From Candidatus Omnitrophota bacterium (GTDB taxonomy: Bacteria; Omnitrophota; Gorgyraeia; Zapsychrales; JANLHA01), in NCBI GenBank assembly GCA_963662715.1, contig OY759724.1, forward strand, positions 2,190,001-2,222,000: a stretch of DNA of 32,000 nucleotides, in the 5' to 3' direction. The position numbers and the translations under genes were made by a program. A model generated the notes under the pieces. That model had not been told where the DNA came from and ran no database searches. It saw only the letters and a program-made list of their open reading frames with translations. Of the stretch, positions 25,088 to 32,000 are shown piece after piece. Numbering within the stretch: position 1 is the stretch's first letter; each line of letters opens with the position of its first letter.

Positions 25088-25901
25088 ATTAGCCGTTTTC
25101 TTAAGTTTTATTTTTTTTATAGGAGCTATTGTGGGCAGTTTCTTGAATGTTTGTATTGTCAGGCTCCCGTATGAACAATCTGTCGTTAAGCCAAGGTCAC
25201 ATTGTGTGCATTGCCAAAAAACAATTCCCTGGTATGATAATATCCCTTTCTTAAGTTATATCATCCTGGGCGGCCGCTGCCGCTTCTGTAAAGAGCGTAT
25301 TTCCTTCCGGTATTTTATGGTTGAGTTTCTTACAGCCGGTACTTTTGTGTTTTTTTTCATTATATTTGGTTTGACGCCTATTTACCTGGCTTACATGGTC
25401 ATGGTCAGCTGTTTTATTGTCGCGATATTTGTTGATTTCGAACACAGGATCATTCCTGACGAAGTGAGTGTCGGGGGTATGTTCGCGGGGCTCATCTTCA
25501 GCCTTTTTATCCCGGAACTGCATGGTTATCATACGGGAGGCGGAGCCGGCCTCTGGCCTTATGCCAAATCCCTGGGACAATCTTTATTAGGTGTCTTGAT
25601 TGGCGGGGGATCGATTTATGGTATGGGGCTTTTGGGGGATTTTATTTTTAAGAAAGAATCCATGGGAGGCGGAGATGTTAAGCTGTTAGCCATGATCGGG
25701 GCATTCCTGGGTTGGAAGCTGGCCTTGTTGACGTTTTTTATCGCGCCGTTCTTCGGTGCTGTTTATGGTGTTATTGAGAAAATCAGGACGAAAGACAGCG
25801 CAATTGCTTATGGCCCTTTTTTGGTTTTAGGGGCCCTCATAAGTTTGTTTTATGGAGACTGGATTATAGAATGGATTAAAGGAGGATACGGTTTATATTG
25901 A
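25080..25901 (+). CDS. pilD: Prepilin peptidase (A24 family, PilD-like)
   Basis: The start overlaps the aroE stop by 8 nt. N-terminal Cys pairs (CVHCQ...CRFC). Catalytic Asp contexts FVDFEHRIIPDE and GGGDVKLLAMIG. Polytopic. Confidence 0.88.
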   Translation: MIELAVFLSFIFFIGAIVGSFLNVCIVRLPYEQSVVKPRSHCVHCQKTIPWYDNIPFLSYIILGGRCRFCKERISFRYFMVEFLTAGTFVFFFIIFGLTPIYLAYMVMVSCFIVAIFVDFEHRIIPDEVSVGGMFAGLIFSLFIPELHGYHTGGGAGLWPYAKSLGQSLLGVLIGGGSIYGMGLLGDFIFKKESMGGGDVKLLAMIGAFLGWKLALLTFFIAPFFGAVYGVIEKIRTKDSAIAYGPFLVLGALISLFYGDWIIEWIKGGYGLY

Positions 25902-25932
25902 TTTATTAGATGTCTTGAAAGCTCCTCATATT

Positions 25933-25959
25933 AAAACCCAACCCCTCAGGTTGGGTTTT
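25933..25959. terminator. Strong intrinsic terminator after the peptidase gene
   Basis: Perfect 11-bp stem AAAACCCAACC-cctca-GGTTGGGTTTT. The T-run is built into the 3' arm and the A-run into the 5' arm, so it may work in both directions. Confidence 0.7.
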
Positions 25960-25983
25960 ATATTAATATTAGTATTAATGAGT

Positions 25984-26012
25984 TTGACACCCTATAGGGG
26001 TTATGTTAAAAT
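25984..26012 (+). promoter_or_regulatory. Sigma-70-type promoter TTGACA-17-TAAAAT immediately upstream of aroK
   Basis: Consensus -35 at 25984-25989, a 17-nt spacer and -10 at 26007-26012. The predicted TSS falls about on ATG 26018. Confidence 0.5.
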
Positions 26013-26017
26013 CCCCC

Positions 26018-26533
26018 ATGAAAAATAATATTGTGCTTGTCGGTTTTATGGGAGCCGGGAAAAGCACAGTTTCTAAAAAATTAGCTGAAAGGTTGTCCCG
26101 GGAAGTGATTTCTTCGGATAAGCTGATCGTAGAACGCGAAGGGCGGCCGATAACTGAAATCTTTGCAGAATCCGGGGAACCTTATTTCCGTAAGGTAGAA
26201 AAACAGATTGTCCGTGAGCTTTCCCAGAGGGACAATGTTATTATTGATTGTGGCGGAGGGGTTGTCCTGGATCCCGAGAATTTGGCTCATCTCAAGCAGA
26301 AAGGGGTTGTCTTTTACCTTTCTGCAACAGGAGATTGTATTTATCTGCGGATCAAGGAACAGACAGACCGGCCTTTGCTGAATGTGGAGAATCCCAAAGA
26401 AAGGTTAGAGGAATTGCTGAGCAAACGGCAATCCTTTTATGAACAAGCTGATGTTATTGTTGATACGAATGACAATGATTGGGACCGGATTTGTGAAGAA
26501 ATTGAAAGTATTATGAGAGATCAGAAGATGTGA
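26018..26533 (+). CDS. aroK: Shikimate kinase
   Basis: Walker A LVGFMGAGKSTV and the DCGGG motif. The ORF track ATG at 26003 is 5 codons upstream and remains possible. Neither ATG has a well-spaced SD. Confidence 0.9.
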   Translation: MKNNIVLVGFMGAGKSTVSKKLAERLSREVISSDKLIVEREGRPITEIFAESGEPYFRKVEKQIVRELSQRDNVIIDCGGGVVLDPENLAHLKQKGVVFYLSATGDCIYLRIKEQTDRPLLNVENPKERLEELLSKRQSFYEQADVIVDTNDNDWDRICEEIESIMRDQKM

Positions 26534-26589
26534 TGCCCCTTGGTCTGGTTGAATGTGAAGTGCCCCGTAAGGTGAGATGACCGATAGAA

Positions 26590-27711
26590 ATGACGGAAAC
26601 GGATGCGTTACTTATTTTAAATGCCATTCCCGGATTAAAAAATGCGGAAATCATTCAATTGATCCGGCTTTGTGGTTCAGCTCAGGACGTTTTGGCCGCA
26701 GATTCGGAACGCCTTGTCAAGCACACCGGATTGTCGTTGCGTCTTGCCCGAAAGATCACCAGGTTTGAGCAAAAGGCTTTCTTAGATGAGGAATATTTGC
26801 TCTGTGAACGTTTTGGGGTAAAAATCGTTTCTTGTTTTGATTCTGCTTTTCCCCGGTTATTACGGCATATTCCTGATTGTCCTATCGTTCTTTATTATAA
26901 AGGAGACATCACGCTCGAGGACGACACGTGCGTAGCCATTGTCGGATCGCGGATATCGACGATATACGGTCTTCACATAGCGGAAAGCCTTGCCGCACAG
27001 TTGGCGGAAGTCGGGCTGACGGTTGTGTCAGGTTTGGCGCGCGGCGTCGATTCTGCCGCGCATCGAGGAAGTTTGAAAGCTAGCGGGCGGACTCTGGCTG
27101 TTCTAGGCTGCGGGTTGAGTCAAACTTATCCGCCGGAAAACAAAGATTTAATGGAAACAATAGCCCTGCACGGGGCTGTGCTTTCCGAATTCCCGTTAAA
27201 AGCAGCTCCTTTGCGTTTCAATTTTCCGCGGCGAAACAGGATCATCAGCGGATTATCTTTGGGAATTGTTATTGTCGAGGCCCGGAGAAGGAGCGGGGCT
27301 TTGATTACCAGCCGTTTTGCTTTGGAGCAGGGGCGGGAAGTTTTTGCTGTGCCCGGGAGAATCGATCAGCCAACCGCTTGGGGAACCAATCAGCTGATAA
27401 AACAAGGGGCCAGCGTGGTTTTGAGCGTTAAAGATATTTTGGCGGAGCTTAAACTTCCGTTGCGGGATTCTTTAGATAAAGGGACTGTTGCCGGTCATAA
27501 AACGCAAGGCAAAGAAAAGACCGGTGCTTGTATTCCGTTACCGCAGTCGCAGCAAATGATTTATGATATTTTGGGGCGTGAACCTTTACATATCGATGAT
27601 TTGGCCGTCCGTTGTCAAAAGTCAATTCATGAGATGATGGGGCCGCTTTTACAGCTGGAACTGCAAAGATTGGTCAAGAGGTGGCCAGGACAATTATTTT
27701 CAAAAATATAA
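26590..27711 (+). CDS. dprA: DNA-processing protein DprA (Smf)
   Basis: IVGSR...GLARGVDSAAHRG, RNRIISGLS and SGALITSRFALEQGREVFAVPG motifs. C-terminal winged-helix-like extension. Confidence 0.9.
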   Translation: MTETDALLILNAIPGLKNAEIIQLIRLCGSAQDVLAADSERLVKHTGLSLRLARKITRFEQKAFLDEEYLLCERFGVKIVSCFDSAFPRLLRHIPDCPIVLYYKGDITLEDDTCVAIVGSRISTIYGLHIAESLAAQLAEVGLTVVSGLARGVDSAAHRGSLKASGRTLAVLGCGLSQTYPPENKDLMETIALHGAVLSEFPLKAAPLRFNFPRRNRIISGLSLGIVIVEARRRSGALITSRFALEQGREVFAVPGRIDQPTAWGTNQLIKQGASVVLSVKDILAELKLPLRDSLDKGTVAGHKTQGKEKTGACIPLPQSQQMIYDILGREPLHIDDLAVRCQKSIHEMMGPLLQLELQRLVKRWPGQLFSKI

Positions 27712-27730
27712 TTATTCTTAAGGATTTATA

Positions 27731-29701
27731 ATGGCAAAAGCAAAACCCTTAGTTATTGTCGAATCCCCGACTAAGATTAAGACCATCAGCCGGATTCTGG
27801 GTAATAGTTTTAAAGTGGTCTCTTCCATGGGGCATTTGATTGATTTGCCCAAATCTTCCCTGGGGGTGGATGTTGAAAATGACTTTACGCCCCGGTTTAT
27901 CGTTTTGCGCAATAAACAGAAGATTTTGACGAAATTAAAAAAAGAGGCTGAGAAGAAAAAAGAAATCTATTTCGCCACCGACCCTGACAGAGAAGGAGAG
28001 GCCATCGGTTGGAATTTGATCCCCCACATAGGAGAAGGCAAAAAAGTTTTTCGTGTCACTTTTCAGGAAATAACGAAAGAAGCCGTTCTTAAGGCTTTCG
28101 AACATCCCAGACCTTTTGATAAAAATCTGATTAAAGCCCAGGTTGCCCGGAGAATTTTAGACAGAATCGTAGGCTACAAGATCAGTCCTTTATTGTGGAA
28201 GAAAGTCGGGTCCCGTTTAAGTGCCGGCCGTGTTCAATCTGTGGCTCTTCGGTTGATTGTCGACAGGGAACGGGCGATTGCCCGGTTTATCCCTCAGGAA
28301 TATTGGGAGATTGCCGTTGATCTGCAGAAGCCCGGACTCGAAACGTGCTTTACGGCTGCTCTTGAGAAGATTAACGGGGAGAAACCTGTCCTTAGAAATC
28401 AGGCGGAGACGGACGCGATTGTGCAGGAGGTGCGCGCTGAGACTTTTCTCGTGAGCCGGGTTGTGAAAAAGACGATACGGCGTAAATCTTCGCCGCCGTA
28501 CATCACCAGTACATTGCAGCAGGACGCTTTTAATAAGCTGGGGTTCAGCGCCACGCGGACAATGACTATTGCCCAGGAGCTTTACGAAGGTATTGAAGTG
28601 GGAGAGAGCGAGCCCACCGGTCTCATCACCTATATGAGAACGGATTCGGTCAATATATCTCAGGATGCCCTTGGTAAAGTGCGGGAATATATATCTTCGT
28701 CTTACGGAAAGGACTATTTGCCGGAGAAGCCGAATGCCTTTAAATCAAAGAAATCCGCGCAGGAAGCTCACGAGGCGATTCGGCCGTCCAGCGTGCAGCG
28801 GAAACCCGAAAGCATCAGGCAATATTTAAATGATGATCAATACAAGCTTTATGAGCTGATCTGGAAAAGATTCGTCTGTTCTCAGATGAATCCGGCCATT
28901 TATGAGAATAAAAAGATCGAGATCGAAGCCGGCCGTTTTCAGCTCGGGGCCTCGGGGTCGTCTCTCCTGTTTGACGGATATTTGCTGTTGCAGCAGGATT
29001 CCAAAGAAGAAGAGGCGAAAATGGATTTCACCCCCTATCAGAAAGGGGACCAGCTGCAGTGCCTTGATATTAAGCCGTCCCAGCATTTCACGAAACCCCC
29101 GCCCAGGTATTCGGATGCCACTTTGGTTAAATCGCTCGAGGAGGACGGGATCGGCCGTCCCAGCACCTATGCGTCGATCATCCAGACACTTGTTTTCCGC
29201 AACTACGTTAACCGGGAACGCGGATATTTCAGGGCCACGGAATTGGGCATGCAGATTTCGGATTTGCTGGTTGAGTATTTCTCCCGGATTATGGATGTGA
29301 AATTTACGGCGGCTATGGAAGAGCGGCTGGACCAGGTCGAGGAGGGGACATTAGAGCATGTGAAATTGTTGCAGGATTTTTATGAGCCGTTTAAAAAAGA
29401 ATTGAATTATGCGATGGACACCATCGAGAAGACGGAAAATTTTATTGATAAGCAATGTCCGGAATGCGGCCGGCAGATGGTGATTAAGTGGGGGCGCAGA
29501 GGAAAGTTTTTGAGCTGTTCCGGATTTCCGAAATGTAAGTATGCCCAGCCTTTTACGTCCGGGGTAAAATGCCCTGTGGAAGGATGTGAAGGCGAGCTTA
29601 TTAAAAGAAGATCAAAGCGCGGTCAGACATTTTACGGATGCAGCAAATATCCTGAGTGTACGTTTACGGACAGCAAGCTTCCTGAGGACACGGCTTCGTA
29701 A
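27731..29701 (+). CDS. topA: DNA topoisomerase I (type IA) with two C-terminal C4 zinc ribbons
   Basis: Toprim LVIVESPTKIKTI and ATDPDREGEAI. Active-site Tyr context GLITYMRTDS. Zinc ribbons CPECG...CSGFPKC and CPVEGC...CSKYPEC. Confidence 0.95.
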   Translation: MAKAKPLVIVESPTKIKTISRILGNSFKVVSSMGHLIDLPKSSLGVDVENDFTPRFIVLRNKQKILTKLKKEAEKKKEIYFATDPDREGEAIGWNLIPHIGEGKKVFRVTFQEITKEAVLKAFEHPRPFDKNLIKAQVARRILDRIVGYKISPLLWKKVGSRLSAGRVQSVALRLIVDRERAIARFIPQEYWEIAVDLQKPGLETCFTAALEKINGEKPVLRNQAETDAIVQEVRAETFLVSRVVKKTIRRKSSPPYITSTLQQDAFNKLGFSATRTMTIAQELYEGIEVGESEPTGLITYMRTDSVNISQDALGKVREYISSSYGKDYLPEKPNAFKSKKSAQEAHEAIRPSSVQRKPESIRQYLNDDQYKLYELIWKRFVCSQMNPAIYENKKIEIEAGRFQLGASGSSLLFDGYLLLQQDSKEEEAKMDFTPYQKGDQLQCLDIKPSQHFTKPPPRYSDATLVKSLEEDGIGRPSTYASIIQTLVFRNYVNRERGYFRATELGMQISDLLVEYFSRIMDVKFTAAMEERLDQVEEGTLEHVKLLQDFYEPFKKELNYAMDTIEKTENFIDKQCPECGRQMVIKWGRRGKFLSCSGFPKCKYAQPFTSGVKCPVEGCEGELIKRRSKRGQTFYGCSKYPECTFTDSKLPEDTAS

Positions 29702-29735
29702 AAAGCCTTTCGTTCTCCGGACTTGGGGGTTCTTT

Positions 29736-30596
29736 ATGAACCGCTATATTGATAAATTCATATCCTACCTCAATATTGAAAAGAATTATTCTTCTTACAC
29801 CATCACAAACTACAGTCTTGATTTAAATGAATTTATGGTCTTCGTGGACAATAAGCCCGTCGAGCAGATTCAGTATTTGCACCTGAGGAAATTCCTGGCA
29901 CATCTCAGGGCCAGGCATCTTAAGTCGAGAAGTATTGCCCGAAAACTTTCTTCCATAAGAAGTTTCTTCCGCTTTTTGCAGAAAGAGGGGCTGATAAAAG
30001 AAAACCCGGCAGTGCTTCTCGTTACGCCCAAACTGGAGAAGAGTCTGCCGAAATTTCTCTCAGAACAGGAGATGGCGGAGTTAATAGAGTCTCCTTCTTT
30101 TAACAACCTTTCGGACAAGAGGGATCGGGCTATATTGGAGACGCTTTACAGTTCCGGCTTGAGGGTTTCCGAGCTCGTCGGGTTAAATACCGGGGATGTG
30201 GACTTTATCAGCAGTATCCTGCGGGTCAGGGGGAAAGGAAAAAAGGAACGATTGGTCCCTGTCGGACAGAAAGCTCTTGATGCACTTAAGCTTTATCTTG
30301 ATGCCAGAAAAAAAGAGACCCGTGCCGTATTTTTAAACAAAAACCATACCCGGCTTTCGTCCCGAAGTGTCCGTAATATTATTAACAAACATATTTTGAT
30401 CACAAGTTTGAGAATGAAAGTTTCTCCGCATGTGTTGCGGCATTCTTTCGCCACTCATTTACTCGAGCGGGGAGCTGATTTAAGATCAGTGCAGGAATTG
30501 CTGGGACATGTGAACCTTTCGACAACTCAGATCTATACTCACGTGACAACGGAAAGGCTGAAGAGCGTCTATGACAGGGCTCATCCCCGTGCGTAG
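29736..30596 (+). CDS. xerC: Tyrosine site-specific recombinase, XerC/XerD family
   Basis: The ORF track start at 29586 overlaps topA by 116 nt. ATG 29736 is preferred (GGGGG SD, product MNRYIDKFISYL). Catalytic R...HxxR...Y context: LRVSEL, LRHSFATHLLERGADLRSVQELLGH, TQIYTHV. The XerC versus XerD assignment rests only on the dprA-topA-xerC synteny known from Bacillus. Confidence 0.85.
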   Translation: MNRYIDKFISYLNIEKNYSSYTITNYSLDLNEFMVFVDNKPVEQIQYLHLRKFLAHLRARHLKSRSIARKLSSIRSFFRFLQKEGLIKENPAVLLVTPKLEKSLPKFLSEQEMAELIESPSFNNLSDKRDRAILETLYSSGLRVSELVGLNTGDVDFISSILRVRGKGKKERLVPVGQKALDALKLYLDARKKETRAVFLNKNHTRLSSRSVRNIINKHILITSLRMKVSPHVLRHSFATHLLERGADLRSVQELLGHVNLSTTQIYTHVTTERLKSVYDRAHPRA

Positions 30597-30633
30597 CGCA
30601 AAACCGTTCGTAACAAGCCGTTTGATATGCCCT

Positions 30634-31890
30634 ATGCCTTGGATTATTAATTTTCTTTTTTTTCTTGTTGCTGTTTTTTATGTGCCGTTATTATTTTTTA
30701 AAGGCCGGTGGAGAAGTGCGGTTTTATCCCGCTTGAGACCTGTCCCTGAGGATATTAAAAAATTTTGCTCCGAAAATAAGATCATTTGGATTCATGCCGT
30801 CAGCGTCGGGGAAGTTCAGGCGGTTATCCGTTTTGTCGGGCTGTTGAAAGTCCGGTTTCCCGGTTATAAAGTTGTCCTGACGACGGTCACAGGTACAGGG
30901 TATCAATTGGCCCTTTCAAAAGTGGGGGCGGAAAGTCCGGTCCTTTATGCGCCTTTAGATTTCAGCTGGGTTGTCCAGAATTATATCCAAGCGTTTCAGC
31001 CGCGGGTTTATATTACGACTGAAACCGAGATCTGGCCGAATCTGTTCCTGGCGCTGACCAGGCGGCAAGTGCCTGTTATTTTATTTAATGGCCGTATTTC
31101 TGCGCGATCCTTTTCCAGATACCGCCGGGTCAAATTTTTCCTTCGTTTGATCCTTAAAAAAGTTTCTTTATGTTGTATGCAGACGGAAAAGGATGCCTTG
31201 AGAATCCGCGCTCTAGGGGTGCCCCGGGAAAGAATTCATGTCCTGGGGAGTGTTAAGTTTGACGATGCGTCCGCGAAACAGGGATATGACCGTGCGGAAT
31301 ACGGATATGCGGAAGATGATTTTATCCTTGTCGCCGGAAGCACGCACCCGGGGGAAGAAGGGGTCCTGCTGTCGACGTTTCAGAGACTGCAGAAAGAATT
31401 CCCCCGCCTGCATCTCATTTTAGCGCCCCGGCATATCGAACGGACTTCGGAGGTCATGGCTTTGATTGAAAATTCCGGTTATGTCGCTGTCCCCTGGACT
31501 AGGATAAAAACTGTTCCCATGCAGCCTCAGGTCGTTGTCGCGGTGGATACGATTGGCCACTTGCAGAAACTGTATTCTTTGGCCACAATCGTTTTTGTGG
31601 GAAAGAGCCTTTTGGGTAAAGGGGGGCAGAATATCATTGAGCCGGCTGTCTTTGGGAAACCCATTCTGGTCGGGCCTTATACGGAAAATTTTCAGCGTAT
31701 CGTTGAAATTTTTAAGGATCAAAAAGCCGTTATTCAGGTTGATCACCCAAGATCTTTAGAGCAGAACATGAGGGCCCTGTTGTCTGATAAGGCTTTAAGA
31801 AATGAATTGGGGCGCAATGCCAAGAATGTCATCCGGAACCACCAAGGAGCCACCGAAAACTCCCTTAACCTGATATCGCCTTTCCTTTAG
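30634..31890 (+). CDS. waaA: 3-deoxy-D-manno-octulosonic acid (Kdo) transferase
   Basis: The ORF track start at 30571 overlaps xerC. ATG 30634 gives an N-terminal membrane anchor (MPWIINFLFFLVAVFYVPLLFF) followed by the family motif IWIHAVSVGEV. GT-B-type C-terminal half (GGQNIIEPA). Confidence 0.88.
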   Translation: MPWIINFLFFLVAVFYVPLLFFKGRWRSAVLSRLRPVPEDIKKFCSENKIIWIHAVSVGEVQAVIRFVGLLKVRFPGYKVVLTTVTGTGYQLALSKVGAESPVLYAPLDFSWVVQNYIQAFQPRVYITTETEIWPNLFLALTRRQVPVILFNGRISARSFSRYRRVKFFLRLILKKVSLCCMQTEKDALRIRALGVPRERIHVLGSVKFDDASAKQGYDRAEYGYAEDDFILVAGSTHPGEEGVLLSTFQRLQKEFPRLHLILAPRHIERTSEVMALIENSGYVAVPWTRIKTVPMQPQVVVAVDTIGHLQKLYSLATIVFVGKSLLGKGGQNIIEPAVFGKPILVGPYTENFQRIVEIFKDQKAVIQVDHPRSLEQNMRALLSDKALRNELGRNAKNVIRNHQGATENSLNLISPFL

Positions 31891-32000
31891 AAATAATATA
31901 ATTATTGAAACAAATATTATAAAACTATAGTAAAATACACAAGATGTCGTTACGTCATTATTATTATTTAATCGTAACAGATCAGGAAGCAGGCCTTTAT

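Noticed and set aside
31891-32000. A dif-like Xer site or an attachment site in the AT-rich tail after waaA (AATAAT-ata-ATTATT palindrome, and a GTTACG...CGTAAC inverted repeat).
   Set aside because: - The arms are only 6 bp in very AT-rich DNA and match the XerC and XerD half-sites poorly.
- The second inverted repeat may simply lie in the start of the next gene (ATG at 31944), which is cut off by the window edge.
1-32000. A search for CRISPR arrays, transposases or IS ends, phage or integrative elements, toxin-antitoxin pairs and defence-system signatures.
   Set aside because: - No short regularly spaced repeats are present.
- No DDE or serine recombinase genes are present.
- The only tyrosine recombinase is the chromosomal Xer type, found in conserved dprA-topA synteny.
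- The tRNA genes are not followed by integrase genes.
- Nearly all ORFs are core housekeeping genes.

Overview
This window is mostly a core housekeeping segment of a bacterial chromosome. I found no CRISPR array, transposase, integrase-bounded island or recognisable defence system. A Kdo transferase (waaA) and a prepilin peptidase suggest a diderm organism. GC looks moderate by eye (not computed), and I cannot assign a taxon from sequence alone.

Gene order on the + strand, except where noted:
- A SAM-dependent methyltransferase and two unknown membrane proteins.
- A convergent 1438-aa gene on the minus strand, fusing two HgdC/BcrAD-type activase ATPase modules to a large Cys-rich body.
- A 334-bp AT-rich divergent promoter region.
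- An exported esterase and an exported TPR-like protein.
- rpsB-tsf-pyrH-frr, followed by tRNA-Lys(UUU), tRNA-Leu(UAG) and tRNA-Gly(GCC).
- ptsN, a membrane-anchored yvcK-like gene, ptsH and ptsI.
- A sugar-phosphate nucleotidyltransferase, then metK and ahcY.
- ilvC, a duplicated 93-nt element, then leuA.
- aroE, pilD-like peptidase, aroK, dprA, topA, xerC-like recombinase and waaA.

Items worth a second look:
1. The giant fused activase/dehydratase-like enzyme, a candidate PlsA-PlsR-type anaerobic ether-lipid enzyme.
2. A 92/93-identical direct repeat filling the ilvC-leuA spacer, with mutually exclusive hairpins.
3. A near-consensus promoter about 270 nt upstream of rpsB, followed by a hairpin-rich leader.
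4. A cluster of TGAATRA motifs in the divergent promoter region.
5. A permease-less regulatory PTS cluster with a YvcK-family gene where RapZ normally sits.

Several ORF-track starts look over-extended and have been trimmed to downstream starts with better context.
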